Source of the DNA: Trueperaceae bacterium
GTDB lineage: Bacteria > Deinococcota > Deinococci > Deinococcales > Trueperaceae
DNA length: 64,000 nt
NCBI GenBank assembly: GCA_965215565.1
Contig: CBDCDZ010000004.1
Coordinates: 1,024,001 to 1,088,000, forward strand
Reading direction: 5' to 3'
Shown: positions 28,955-41,950 of the stretch, piece after piece
Numbering within the stretch: the first letter of the stretch is position 1
Layout: every line of letters begins with the position of its first letter
The notes under the pieces: generated by a model
Database searches by the model: none
The model's input: only the letters and a program-made list of their open reading frames with translations
Told to the model about the DNA's origin: nothing
Program-made: the position numbers and the translations under genes

Positions 28955-29199
28955 TTCGTTTCGTCTTTCGTCTCCATGTACTCCTTGAAATCTTCCAGAG
29001 GCGCATCGAAATCGTCAGACATAAATTCAAAGATATCCTTTGCTCCTCCAATACGCCGCTGCTTGCGAAGCTCAGGAATGACGGTAAGTTTGACGAGTGG
29101 TTTATCGCCTTTTGCAATGATGACCTCTTCACCTGCGAGCGCTTTACGGATAAGTTTGGAAAGGTGCGTTTTAGCTTCGTGAATCGTCACTTTAGTCAT
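28951..29199 (-). CDS. Phd/YefM-family antitoxin
   Basis: VTIHEAKTHLSKLI...GEEVIIAK..KPLVKL...DDFDAPL; 4-nt overlap with toxin. Confidence 0.9.
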   Translation of the reverse strand: MTKVTIHEAKTHLSKLIRKALAGEEVIIAKGDKPLVKLTVIPELRKQRRIGGAKDIFEFMSDDFDAPLEDFKEYMETKDETK

Positions 29200-29234
29200 A
29201 ACAGTATATTAGCTAAGTCAGATGACTAAGTCAA
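29192..29234 (-). promoter_or_regulatory. Leaderless TA promoter with repeated operator-like boxes
   Basis: Minus strand TTGACT-17-TAATAT-6-ATG; CTAAGTCA twice and TTAGTCAT/ATGACTAA inverted pair. Confidence 0.6.
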
Positions 29235-29353
29235 CACAACCTGAAAAAAGCGTTCTTTTGCTAAGAGTAATTCATCTCACAAATCAACGTTTACTAATCC
29301 TCATGAGAAAAACTCCACTCACGTGAAGTTCGTCACGTTCGTATGATAGGGCG

Positions 29354-29381
29354 TTGACAAATTCTACGGGCTCTTTATAAT
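29354..29381 (+). promoter_or_regulatory. topA promoter
   Basis: TTGACA-16-TATAAT, GC-rich discriminator, GGAGGAG RBS. Confidence 0.7.
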
Positions 29382-29401
29382 GACGTCGCAACTGGAGGAG
29401 A

Positions 29402-32329
<2,928 letters not shown>

Positions 32330-32360
32330 TTTTAATTTGAGTACAGATGTAAATGAACCT

Positions 32361-32624
32361 TTGAACCTCATCAGTCTTGCAAAGTCCGGGGCAGGTGAGG
32401 TTCAAACTGTGCCGCAAACGGATTTTAAGGTGCAAGTGCTTACCGAGTCTCAACCTCTTATTTTAGAGACTGGCGTGTGGCTCTTGGTACTACAAGGAAA
32501 TCTCATTATCGACCTCCCTCACGGCGACTTTAGAACGCTCAAAAAAGGGGACAGTTTGCGGCTTACGGCTCCTTTAGAAGTGACATTGACGCCGTTAGAA
32601 GAAACGGTGATTTTGCAGCGATAA
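32361..32624 (+). CDS. Hypothetical cupin-like protein (start uncertain)
   Basis: WLLVLQGNLIIDLPHGDFRTLKKGDSL resembles a cupin beta-barrel motif. Confidence 0.45.
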   Translation: MNLISLAKSGAGEVQTVPQTDFKVQVLTESQPLILETGVWLLVLQGNLIIDLPHGDFRTLKKGDSLRLTAPLEVTLTPLEETVILQR

Positions 32625-32642
32625 AAATTATTAGCACTTGAA

Positions 32643-32668
32643 AAGTCTACATACCCCATTGTAGACTT
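32643..32668. promoter_or_regulatory. Palindromic operator over PadR promoter
   Basis: AAGTCTACA-N8-TGTAGACTT overlapping TAGACT -10, 6 nt before ATG. Confidence 0.7.
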
Positions 32669-32673
32669 ATAGT

Positions 32674-33009
32674 ATGGAGAGAAACCAACTTACCCCTGCT
32701 GATGGACCACGACTCTCTCAGCAAACTCTGAAAGTGCTCGATGTCATGATGGCTAATCCTAGCAGCGACCATTACGGTCTAGAAGTTGCTCGCATTGCTC
32801 AGTTAAAGTCAGGAACGCTTTATCCAATCTTAGTTAGATTAGAAAAGTATGGCTGGATAGAAGGAATTTGGGAGAATATAGACCCTAAAGTGGCGGGTAG
32901 ACGCCCCCGACGTTTATACAAATTGACAACTGGAGGAATAGAAGCTTCGCGTAAAGTGGTCTCCAGAGCTGAAAACTTGCCCACACTTCAACCAGGATTA
33001 GCTCTATGA
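32674..33009 (+). CDS. PadR-family transcriptional regulator
   Basis: HYGLEV, SGTLYPILVRLEKYGWI, RPRRLYKLT. Confidence 0.88.
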   Translation: MERNQLTPADGPRLSQQTLKVLDVMMANPSSDHYGLEVARIAQLKSGTLYPILVRLEKYGWIEGIWENIDPKVAGRRPRRLYKLTTGGIEASRKVVSRAENLPTLQPGLAL

Positions 33010-33473
33010 AAAGTCTTCTAATTGGGTTTATGGGTATGGTGTTAGCAAGAATCTTTACAAATGAAATATTAGGGCTTATCTCAAAACTGTCGAGGTCTAT
33101 TGTCCGCCAAGCAGTGCGGCGATTATCTGAAGAGGTAAGAGAGCAGTATAGAGAAGAATGGCTAGCAACCTTGGAGTATGAAGGACAAGACGGTAAGAAA
33201 TTTAGTGAACTTAAAGCCGCCTTGGAAGCATGGTGGGGAGTTAGAGGTATCAAAAGAGAGTTTGAACCAGAAGTAGATACTACAGCGAGAAAAACAATAG
33301 AGCGTATCTTTGATAGAGCTGTTCTACTTTTCTCTCCAATACTTGTGATGAATTTTTTCTTTTTTTGGAACGGCTTACTTACGGTGCTTTATTTTCTTTT
33401 GGTTGTATCGTACACGGGCTACGTTGCCTTCAAAGAGTTTCACCGCGCCGAAACGGTAGCCCGCTCAGAATAA
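33006..33473 (+). CDS. PadR-associated hypothetical membrane protein
   Basis: Coupled to PadR; 'AVRRL..E.REQYREEWLA' and C-terminal hydrophobic helices; AT-rich. Confidence 0.65.
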   Translation: MKSLLIGFMGMVLARIFTNEILGLISKLSRSIVRQAVRRLSEEVREQYREEWLATLEYEGQDGKKFSELKAALEAWWGVRGIKREFEPEVDTTARKTIERIFDRAVLLFSPILVMNFFFFWNGLLTVLYFLLVVSYTGYVAFKEFHRAETVARSE

Positions 33474-33810
33474 CGGATTTGGTAAAGCTCTATAGATAGC
33501 CTACGCAGCAAAAACGGCTCAAGCTTTCCTCTACCTCTACTTCTCTGATTACATCGCAGCCTTTCTCATGAATAGCGCTTCGCGTGGCGAAGCTACCCTG
33601 GATTCAGAACCTCTTCGCAACTCATCCAAAGCAGAATAACAAAGTAAGACTTCCGTAAGACCTCTTCCTCTACCCTGATACCTACACGGGGTTCACGCCT
33701 TCTGTGCGAGGACAAACTCGGGGCAGTGCGGGAGAGGTCAGGATGTGTAACACTCAAATACGGTTGAACAAAAAGAACAGGGACTACGCTATTTCTCTAG
33801 AGGCTGGACG

Positions 33811-36540
33811 GTGACACTCCGCCTCAGAATCGCGCTCACCGTCGCGGTGGTGCTCGTCGGTTTGGTCATCACTTTGTCGGTCACGATTTGGGCGCTCTCG
33901 CTGCGCAACTTCTCCAAGCTCGAGGCGCAAGCCGCTCACAAAGACGTGGCGCGGGTGCTGCACGCTTTGGATGCGTCGCTCGAGTCGATGGACACGGTGC
34001 TCATCGACTGGGCGCAGTGGGATGACACGTACGAGTTCGCGCTGGACCGCAGCGAAATATACGTAGAAGACAACTTAGGTGCCTATTTTTTCGAAACGTT
34101 TAGTACGGACGCACTTGCGATTTTTAGCGTTGGAGGAGAACTTCTCTACGGCGAACGCGAGGACGAAGAAACCGGCGAGGTCACCGCTCTCCGCGGTGAA
34201 AGTGCCGCGTTCTTACAAGATGTGCTTTTAGATAAGGCAGTGCGCGAGAAGCAGGTAGGTCTCACGCACTTACCTGAGGGTCACGCGCTCGTTGCAGCGG
34301 GTCCTATTCTCGACAACGAAGGCGAAGGTCCGTCACGGGGCGCGATGATCATGGTGCGCTATCTAAACGAGGCGAGAGCGGCGGCGTTTGAGGAGGCTGC
34401 GCTCGTCTCGGTAGCGTTCACGCCTTTTGAAGCGTCCACGCTGACAGAAGGGCTCGAGGCAGTTCCTTTTCGCGTCCATAACCACGAGCACGCCATCTAC
34501 AGCCAGCCCTCGGGCGACACCATCCGAGGTTTCACCGTCCTCACCGGTCTCGAGGAGCAGCCCACGCTCGTCCTGAACGTCGAGAGCCCGCGCGTGCTCT
34601 ACCAGCAGAGCCTCCTTAGCGTGCGCTTTCTCATCGTTACGGTGATCATCGCGAGCCTGACCTTTAGCGTCCTGGCGCTCGGCTTAGTCGAGCGGCTGAT
34701 GCTCTCGCGCCTCGCCTTTTTGAGCCGTAGGGTGAGCCATATCGCGAAAAGCGGCAACGTCGCGGAGCGCATCACGCTTATTGGACGAGATGAACTCGCG
34801 CGTTTAGCAGGCGACATCAACGGAATGCTCGCCTCGTTAGAGGAGACCTTTAGGGCGCTGCGCGCCTCGGAGGAGCGCTACGCCCTCGCCACTGAAGGCG
34901 TCAACGACGGGATGTGGGATTGGAACGTCGCAAGAGGTAAGTTCATCCTTTCCCAACGCTGCGCGGACATGCTCGGGTTAGAGACGCAAGAAGCGAGCTT
35001 TGACTTTTGGAGCGCACTTGCGCACCCCGACGACTTAGAGCGCGTCAAGGCGCAACTCGTCGCCCACTACAAGGGTGAAACTGAGCACTTCGAAGCCGAA
35101 CTGCGCATGAGGCATCAAGCGGGGCACTACCGCTGGATGTTGGCGCGGGGCGTCGCGGTGCAAAACGCGGACGGCAAGGCGGTGCGCATGGCGGGTTCGC
35201 TGACCGACATCACCCAGCGCGGCGTGTTCGACGCGCTTACCGGGCTACCCAACCGCCTCCTCTTGACCGAGCGCCTAGAGCACGCGCTGAGCAAGAGCCG
35301 CCATAAAAGTTGCCGTAAAAGTCATGGTGAAGAGGAGCGCAGCGCCGTGCTCTTCATGGACCTAAACCGCTTCAAGGTCATCAACGACTCGTTTGGACAC
35401 CGCATCGGTGATTTGCTCCTCGTCGAAATCGCTAAGCGCCTGCAAGCTTGCGTGCGTAGCGGTGACCTCGTGGCGCGTTTAGGCGGCGATGAGTTCGTGA
35501 TTTTGCTCGAGGACGTGAGCAGCCCCGGTGTAGACGCTACACTCAGGCGTATCGAAGCCGAGTTGAGCCGCGCCTTTGCGTTAGATGGTCACACCGTTTA
35601 TACGGGCGCAAGCATCGGCGTTGTGACGACTTTGCAAGATTACGAAGATACCGAGGACATCTTGGAAGACGCCGACATCGCTATGTACCGCGCGAAAGAG
35701 TTGGGGCAGCCTCACCTCTACTTTAACCATGAGATTTACGAGCAAGCCACCGCGCGGCAGCGCACCGAAACGGAGCTGCGCGAGGCGCTCAGGCGCGGTG
35801 AATTCGCCCTGGTCTATCAGCCGATTCTCGCCCTAAAGACGAACGAACTAGTCTCGGTTGAGGCGCTCGTTCGCTGGCAGCATCCGACGCGCGGTTTCGT
35901 CTCGCCCGCCGAGTTTATTCCGGTGGCGGAGGAGTCTGGGCTCATCGCGCCGCTAGGCGGCTGGGTGCTCCGTGAGGCGTGCCGTGAACTCGCCGCCGCG
36001 CAGTTACCTGAAAGCGTGAGCGTCAGCGTCAACTTGTCGAGCAAACAGCTCATTCTGCCCTCTATCGTCGATGAGGTCAGCGCGGTGCTGAGCGAGACGG
36101 GTCTACTAGCGCAGCAACTCAAGCTCGAGGTCACTGAAAGCGCCATCATCGAAAACCAAGACCTCGCTAGGGCGCACCTCACCGCGTTGCAGCGTCTAGG
36201 CGTGCAGATCGTCATGGACGACTTCGGCACGGGCTACTCGTCGCTCAGCCACATCCACAGCTTGCCGATTCAACTCCTTAAAATCGACCGGAGCTTCGTG
36301 AGCCAGATGGGAGAGGACGAGACCAACTTGGAAATTATCCGCGCGATTCTCTCGCTCGCGCAGAGCTTGGATTTGGCAGTCGTCGCGGAAGGCGTCGAGA
36401 CTGAAGCGCAACGCGCCGCGCTCCGAGACCTCCAGTGTACCTACGCTCAGGGCTACCTCTTCGCCAGGCCACTACCCTTCAAAGAAGTCTTGAATCTCTA
36501 TCCGGCGCACCCCTACGCTTTAGCTCAGAAGGTCGCTTAG
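33811..36540 (+). CDS. CHASE4-HAMP-PAS-GGDEF-EAL c-di-GMP enzyme
   Basis: DWAQWDDTYEF (CHASE4), RDELARLA (HAMP), HPDD PAS, DALTGLPNR, RLGGDEF, YQPI..EALVRW, DDFGTGYSSL. Confidence 0.92.
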   Translation: MTLRLRIALTVAVVLVGLVITLSVTIWALSLRNFSKLEAQAAHKDVARVLHALDASLESMDTVLIDWAQWDDTYEFALDRSEIYVEDNLGAYFFETFSTDALAIFSVGGELLYGEREDEETGEVTALRGESAAFLQDVLLDKAVREKQVGLTHLPEGHALVAAGPILDNEGEGPSRGAMIMVRYLNEARAAAFEEAALVSVAFTPFEASTLTEGLEAVPFRVHNHEHAIYSQPSGDTIRGFTVLTGLEEQPTLVLNVESPRVLYQQSLLSVRFLIVTVIIASLTFSVLALGLVERLMLSRLAFLSRRVSHIAKSGNVAERITLIGRDELARLAGDINGMLASLEETFRALRASEERYALATEGVNDGMWDWNVARGKFILSQRCADMLGLETQEASFDFWSALAHPDDLERVKAQLVAHYKGETEHFEAELRMRHQAGHYRWMLARGVAVQNADGKAVRMAGSLTDITQRGVFDALTGLPNRLLLTERLEHALSKSRHKSCRKSHGEEERSAVLFMDLNRFKVINDSFGHRIGDLLLVEIAKRLQACVRSGDLVARLGGDEFVILLEDVSSPGVDATLRRIEAELSRAFALDGHTVYTGASIGVVTTLQDYEDTEDILEDADIAMYRAKELGQPHLYFNHEIYEQATARQRTETELREALRRGEFALVYQPILALKTNELVSVEALVRWQHPTRGFVSPAEFIPVAEESGLIAPLGGWVLREACRELAAAQLPESVSVSVNLSSKQLILPSIVDEVSAVLSETGLLAQQLKLEVTESAIIENQDLARAHLTALQRLGVQIVMDDFGTGYSSLSHIHSLPIQLLKIDRSFVSQMGEDETNLEIIRAILSLAQSLDLAVVAEGVETEAQRAALRDLQCTYAQGYLFARPLPFKEVLNLYPAHPYALAQKVA

Positions 36541-36568
36541 CTGCACCCTAGCTTTAGAAAGGTCGATC

Positions 36569-37333
36569 ATGATTCTTGCTTATATCACCGTTTTTCTCAT
36601 CGCAAAGCTCGCGCTCATAGGTGTCGCTTCGCCGCTCATCAACGAGTTGAGTTTCACCTTTCTTTTAGGCGTCACCGCGCTTAGGCTCTACGTGCTCGCC
36701 AAGAAGAGTCAAGCTCTGCCCTGGCAGCGCGGCATCATGGCGATGGCGCTCGCCGCGCTGATTATTACCCTGCATAACCTCGCTTGGGTTTACGGCAGTC
36801 TTACAGGCGAAGTGCCGCTCCCTTTAGAGTTCTTCGGCGCAACCCTCTACACTTTGCAGGTTATTCCCTGGGCCTACGCCCTCTCCGTCGCGCTCTTTAT
36901 CGTGTATGACCGGATGCGCGGAGCGCTCTACTTAGAGGTGCTGACCTATATCGTCGGACTCGTCGCCGCTGTTATCTTCATGGTCTCGGTCATTTTGGGG
37001 TCCATTTTTAGCCTCGAGCTAGGCGTCACCATCGCCGACAGCGCTGGTCTCTACTTGAGCGCTGCGCTGCTCGTGCCCGCCCTAGCGTTCTGGTTCTCCA
37101 AAAACGCCAACCTCACGCGCCCCTTTCTCTATATTAGCGCCGCCACCGCCGCCTGGTTTTTAGCGGACGCCTCTTACATCTATCTGCCCGAATCATCCGC
37201 AGGTTTGGTCTTCAACTGCTTCGCGCTCATCCAGTGGTTCTTGTTCTACCGCGCCGCGCGGGTTTACGTAGCGCAGTACTCGCAAGAAGAGGGCGTGGTG
37301 CCGGAGCGTGGAGGGCTCGAGGGTGTCGCCTAA
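36569..37333 (+). CDS. Hypothetical multi-pass membrane protein
   Basis: About 7-8 hydrophobic segments; AGAAAGG RBS. Confidence 0.65.
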   Translation: MILAYITVFLIAKLALIGVASPLINELSFTFLLGVTALRLYVLAKKSQALPWQRGIMAMALAALIITLHNLAWVYGSLTGEVPLPLEFFGATLYTLQVIPWAYALSVALFIVYDRMRGALYLEVLTYIVGLVAAVIFMVSVILGSIFSLELGVTIADSAGLYLSAALLVPALAFWFSKNANLTRPFLYISAATAAWFLADASYIYLPESSAGLVFNCFALIQWFLFYRAARVYVAQYSQEEGVVPERGGLEGVA

Positions 37334-37370
37334 AAGAGGCTGCTAAAAGAGGTGACGGACATCCCGTCTA

Positions 37371-37520
37371 ATACGGATTCTGGTTGAATCTCCGGGGGTT
37401 GCGTTGCTCCGCCTAGCGGGAGCGTATGCGACAGTAACTTCGTACACCTTTTCTTCTCGACCTCTTGCCGAACCCTCGTTCGTCGGGTGCCGCCTCGAGC
37501 CACTCGAACCCGCCGATTAG
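37371..37520. repeat. Family-2 element carrying micro-insert motifs (right boundary approximate)
   Basis: ATACGGATTCTGGTTGAAT end; contains CTAGCGGGAGCG and AACTTCGTACA also seen in family-1 inserts. Confidence 0.55.
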
Positions 37521-37550
37521 CGTTCAGCTCTGTGTTAGCCTTATACCACC

Positions 37551-38219
37551 ATGACTGACGCAAACGAACCCGCTGATACCCGCACCCATGCGAACTCCGT
37601 CACCGTCATCGACCACCCCCTTATTCAACATAAGCTTTCACTCCTCCGCGACAAAACCACCAACGTGCGCGACTTCCGCGACCTCTGCACCGAAATCAGT
37701 ATGCTCATGGCGTTCGAGGCGATGCGCGAGTTACCTTTAGAGGCTTCAAAGGTGGAAACCCCCGTCGCCCCCGCCGAAGTGCACAAGCTGAGCGGCAAAA
37801 AGCTCGCGCTGGTGTGCATCTTGCGGGCGGGTTTGGTCATGGTGGACGGCATCTTGAACCTCGTCCCGAACGCCCGCGTCGGTCACATCGGGCTCTACCG
37901 CGACCCCGAGACCTTGAATCCCGTCGAGTATTACAAGAAACTCCCCCCCGACATCGCCGAGCGCGACGTGTTCTTGCTCGATCCGATGTTGGCGACGGGG
38001 GGCAGCGCCGCCGCGTCCGTCCAAATTTTGAAAGCGTCGGGCGCGAAACACATTCGCCTGCTCTGCATCATCGCCGCGCCCGAAGGGGTTAAGGCGGTTC
38101 ATGATGACCACCCTGAAGTCGAGATCATCCTCGCGGCGAGGGACGAAAAGCTCAACAACCACGGCTACATCGTGCCGGGGCTGGGCGACGCGGGCGACCG
38201 CATCTACGGAACGCGCTGA
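37551..38219 (+). CDS. upp: Uracil phosphoribosyltransferase
   Basis: [44 protein letters not shown]. Confidence 0.97.
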   Translation: MTDANEPADTRTHANSVTVIDHPLIQHKLSLLRDKTTNVRDFRDLCTEISMLMAFEAMRELPLEASKVETPVAPAEVHKLSGKKLALVCILRAGLVMVDGILNLVPNARVGHIGLYRDPETLNPVEYYKKLPPDIAERDVFLLDPMLATGGSAAASVQILKASGAKHIRLLCIIAAPEGVKAVHDDHPEVEIILAARDEKLNNHGYIVPGLGDAGDRIYGTR

Positions 38220-38294
38220 GCAAGAAGGCTTGTATTACATGCTTTACACAACTTGCTCATCACTCTCGCGTTCATTTCGCGTTAAGATAGCTCT

Positions 38295-39395
38295 GTGCGT
38301 GAAACTCTCCTAAGCTACTTTCCCCTCGTCAGCGTTGCGTTCGCAGTTGCGCTCGTCGTCGTCGCGACGTTCGTACCTAAAGTCCAGGACTTTGCGCGGC
38401 AGATCGGCGCGATGCAGCAGGGCGGCGGACGGCGTATTCATCTGGGCGCGGTGCCGAACATTGGCGGCATTGCGATTTTCGCTGGCTTCTTGGTGGCGCT
38501 CCTCGTGGGCAGCATGGTCAGACCGGAACTGCTAGACGCCTTCCGAGTGGAGCTTTTGGCGATTCTTTTGGGCGGTGCGCTCATGACTCTAGTGGGCTTT
38601 ATCGACGATATCTGGGAGGTGCCGCCCACTATGCGCCTGAGCGTGCAGTTCGTCGCGGCGGGCATCCTGGTGGTGAACGGCGTGACGATTGACTTTATCA
38701 CCAACTACTTCGGGAATTATTTCGGCGAGAGCGCTTACCTTTTCTTCGGGCAGACGCTCTCTATCGCCTTGACGCTTCTATGGGTGGTGGGCTTCACGAA
38801 CGCCTTTAACTTCATCGACGGGCTCGACGGGCTCTCCTCGGGGATTGCAGCGATCTCGAGCCTCTCGCTGTTAGCCGTCGCTGTGCAGCTCCCGGATAGA
38901 GGCGCGGCCGTGCTCCTACTCGCCGCGCTAGCAGGCTCAGCGCTCGGCTTTCTGCGCCACAACTTCAACCCTGCCAAGATCATTATGGGCGACTCGGGCG
39001 CGTACCTCTTAGGCTACGTGCTCGCCGCCGTGAGCGTACTGGGCGCGCTCAAAGTCACCGCCGCCTTGACCGTCGTCGCGCCCATCATGATTCTCGGTGT
39101 ACCCGTTTTGAACATGACGCAGGTGACGGTGCGGCGGCTCTCGCGCGGCAAGAACCCTACCCTCGCCGACAACGACCACCTCCACGACATGATTCGCGTG
39201 CGGAGCGGCTCGAAGCGCTTTACCGTGCTCGTTTTGTGGCTCGCCACGCTCATTCTGGGAACCTGCGGGATGATGCTCTCGCGCACGCCGCCTGAACTTA
39301 TCTACCTCACAGTCATCGGCACGGTGGTGCTCATCGCGGGCGTCTGCTGGCTGCGGCTGCGCGAAGCGTCGCGAGAGCAGACCCTGACGCGCTGA
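38295..39395 (+). CDS. wecA: Undecaprenyl-phosphate GlcNAc-1-phosphate transferase (WecA/TagO, MraY family)
   Basis: GFIDD, NAFNFIDGLDGL, NFNPAKIIMGDSG, DNDHLH. Confidence 0.85.
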   Translation: MRETLLSYFPLVSVAFAVALVVVATFVPKVQDFARQIGAMQQGGGRRIHLGAVPNIGGIAIFAGFLVALLVGSMVRPELLDAFRVELLAILLGGALMTLVGFIDDIWEVPPTMRLSVQFVAAGILVVNGVTIDFITNYFGNYFGESAYLFFGQTLSIALTLLWVVGFTNAFNFIDGLDGLSSGIAAISSLSLLAVAVQLPDRGAAVLLLAALAGSALGFLRHNFNPAKIIMGDSGAYLLGYVLAAVSVLGALKVTAALTVVAPIMILGVPVLNMTQVTVRRLSRGKNPTLADNDHLHDMIRVRSGSKRFTVLVLWLATLILGTCGMMLSRTPPELIYLTVIGTVVLIAGVCWLRLREASREQTLTR

Positions 39396-40528
39396 TGTCC
39401 CATAATTTGGCGGCGGGGCGTGTTTGCGTCGCGTTCGGCACACGCCCCGAAGCCTCGAAGATGGCTCCTGTGATTTACGCACTCCGAGAGCAGGCGGGCT
39501 TAGCACCGCTTTTACTCGTCACCGGGCAGCACCGCGAGCAGTTGGATCAGATGCTCGAGCTTTTCGAGCTTGCGCCCGACGCTGACCTAGACCTCATGCG
39601 CGAGTCGCAGACGTTGCCCGACTTGATGGGACGCATCGTTCCAGCCGCTGCTCGCACCTTGCGCGAGTTGGTCCCCGATTACGTCCTCGTCCACGGCGAC
39701 ACCTTGACGACGTTCGCCGTCTCCTTGGCCGCTTTTTTCGAAGGCGTCCCCGTCGCCCACGTCGAAGCGGGGCTGCGCTCGTTCGACATGGCGCAGCCCT
39801 TTCCCGAGGAGGCGAACCGCCGTTTGACCGACGTGCTGACCGATATAGACTTGCCGCCGACACCGTGGGCGAAAGGAAACCTGCTCGCTGAAGGCAAGCG
39901 CGAAGACAGGGTGGTGGTGACGGGCAACACGGCGGTGGACGCGGTGAGGTATCTGGAGGCCAGGGCTAAACTCCCGCCCCACCTGCCGAGCGAGAACCTC
40001 GTCTACATCACCATGCACCGCCGCGAGAACTTGCCTGTCATGCGGCCTCTCGCTGAAGCGATTGCGGAGGTAGCGAGGGCGTTCCCAAACTACACCTTCG
40101 CCTACCCCGTCCACCTCAACCCGGCTGTGCGGAGCGCGGTCTATCCTGCGATGGAGGGCGTCCCCAACATCATTTTAGATGAACCCTACGACTTTTTGAC
40201 CTCACTCGCCGCGCAGAAGCACGCCGAACTCGTCATCACAGACTCGGGCGGCATCCAGGAAGAGGGAACGGCTTTAGGCGTACCCGTCGTCGTGCTGCGC
40301 AACGTGACCGAGCGCCCCGAAGGGGTGGAGGTGGGAGCGCTCAAGCTCGCGGGCAACGAGCCGGAAGAGGTCAGGGCGGTGCTGATGGATTTGTTAGGGC
40401 ATAGAGAGAAGAGAGACGCCATGCGCCAAAAAGAGAACCCATACGGCGATGGTCATGCGGGAAAGAGAGTCGCGCAAGCCGTCGCGTGGCGTTTAGGGCT
40501 GGCGGAACGTCCACGGGATTGGCGCTAA
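39395..40528 (+). CDS. wecB: UDP-N-acetylglucosamine 2-epimerase
   Basis: FGTRPEA, TGQHRE, VHGDT, HVEAGLRS, PFPEE, TDSGGIQEE, NPYGDG. Confidence 0.95.
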   Translation: MSHNLAAGRVCVAFGTRPEASKMAPVIYALREQAGLAPLLLVTGQHREQLDQMLELFELAPDADLDLMRESQTLPDLMGRIVPAAARTLRELVPDYVLVHGDTLTTFAVSLAAFFEGVPVAHVEAGLRSFDMAQPFPEEANRRLTDVLTDIDLPPTPWAKGNLLAEGKREDRVVVTGNTAVDAVRYLEARAKLPPHLPSENLVYITMHRRENLPVMRPLAEAIAEVARAFPNYTFAYPVHLNPAVRSAVYPAMEGVPNIILDEPYDFLTSLAAQKHAELVITDSGGIQEEGTALGVPVVVLRNVTERPEGVEVGALKLAGNEPEEVRAVLMDLLGHREKRDAMRQKENPYGDGHAGKRVAQAVAWRLGLAERPRDWR

Positions 40529-40531
40529 AGT

Positions 40532-41143
40532 CTAAAAGATAGGCTCATCGCCTCTAAGCGAGGGAGCGTGCTTGACGCCCACCGCCAGCGCGATAAGTGC
40601 GGCGCTCAGCGTGGTGAGCCAGAGAAACCCAGGCGCTGCCCCGCCGAGTCCCACGGCGAGATGAACAGCGAACGGGTAGAGCAGCGCCAACACCACCCCG
40701 GCGCGCGCCACCCGCCGCAGGAGCAACACGAGCACGATGAGGAGCGCGAACCCGCTCAGCCCGCCGAGCGGATAGATAGGCAGCGCCACCCCGAGCGTCG
40801 TGGCGAGCCCTTTGCCTCCGCGAAAGCCGATATAAGGCGACCAGATATGTCCCCACACCGCGCCGACGCCAGCCACGAGCCCGGATATTAAAGCTGTTTC
40901 CGCTACTGAGCCGACGAGAAGCCCTACGTACGCCGCGAGCACCCCCTTCCCCACATCGAGCGCGAAGACGAGGAAACCCCACACCCAGCCCAAATTCCGC
41001 GCCGTGTTCATCGCGCCGACATTGCCCGAGCCAACCTCTTGAATGCGCGCGCCGCGCAGCCGCGCGACAACATCGGCGCTCGGGAACGCGCCGATAAAGT
41101 AACCGAGTACGAGCGTGAGAAGCGAGGTGGAGAGTCCCGTCAT
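40532..41143 (-). CDS. plsY: Glycerol-3-phosphate acyltransferase PlsY family
   Basis: GYFIGAFP, GSGNVGAMNTAR, DVGKG, GH..SPY.GFRGGKGLAT. Confidence 0.85.
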   Translation of the reverse strand: MTGLSTSLLTLVLGYFIGAFPSADVVARLRGARIQEVGSGNVGAMNTARNLGWVWGFLVFALDVGKGVLAAYVGLLVGSVAETALISGLVAGVGAVWGHIWSPYIGFRGGKGLATTLGVALPIYPLGGLSGFALLIVLVLLLRRVARAGVVLALLYPFAVHLAVGLGGAAPGFLWLTTLSAALIALAVGVKHAPSLRGDEPIF

Positions 41144-41871
41144 GACGCGAGCACCGCGTAGCGCCGCAGGTTCGTCAAGCTCTCGACTTCGCCTACGTGG
41201 TAGGCGAGGTAGCGCGACAAGAGGTTCCAGTGCGCGGCGCGCTCCTCCAAAGGTTCCTCTAAAACCTCTCGTACCGGGCGCTGGTGCAGCCTCCAGAGTT
41301 CGTCTGCTGCTTGCGCTGAGAGCTTCAGGCCGACGCCGCACGTTTCACAAGTTAGACCGCCCGAGGCGATATCGAAGGTGGAGCCGACCTCTCGCTCGCC
41401 GCAACGCACGCACCTCGTCAGGCGCGGCGCTAAGCCCGCTTGCGCTAGAAGCCGCCAACTCATGACGAGCGCCACCGCTTCGGGATCACCGTGCTGCACC
41501 AGCCCGCGCAGCCCGCTCGCTAAGTAGCTGTAGATGCGTTCGCCTAGGTGCACGTCCACGGTAAGCTTGTCGGTGAGTTCGGCTAGCACGTGGGCGTAAG
41601 GGTAGATATCAGGGTCACTCAGCTTGGGGAGTGCGCCGTTGAGTTGCACCTGCGTGATGAGCGCCAAGTCCTCATCTTGGCGGCGGTAGTGCTGCACGGT
41701 CACGTCAAAGAACAAACTCAACTTACCCAAGTTACCACCGACAAGCTTGCCCTTACGCGCCACGCCGCGCCACTTGCCGTCTTCGCTGAGGAGCGTGACG
41801 ATCACATCGCCGCTAGGGAGTTCCAAGCGGCGCAGCACGATACCTTCGCGGACGTTATAGCGTTTGCTCAC
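41140..41871 (-). CDS. recO: DNA repair protein RecO
   Basis: EGIVLR...GDVIVTLL..GK..GVAR; C4 zinc motif CVRCG...CETC. Confidence 0.9.
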   Translation of the reverse strand: MSKRYNVREGIVLRRLELPSGDVIVTLLSEDGKWRGVARKGKLVGGNLGKLSLFFDVTVQHYRRQDEDLALITQVQLNGALPKLSDPDIYPYAHVLAELTDKLTVDVHLGERIYSYLASGLRGLVQHGDPEAVALVMSWRLLAQAGLAPRLTRCVRCGEREVGSTFDIASGGLTCETCGVGLKLSAQAADELWRLHQRPVREVLEEPLEERAAHWNLLSRYLAYHVGEVESLTNLRRYAVLAS

Positions 41872-41950
41872 CTCTCCATTTTACGCGCTGCAAGGGGAGG
41901 GGAACGTCGTAAGCGAAAGGTCCTCACGCCGCACCTTCACGCACGCAACG

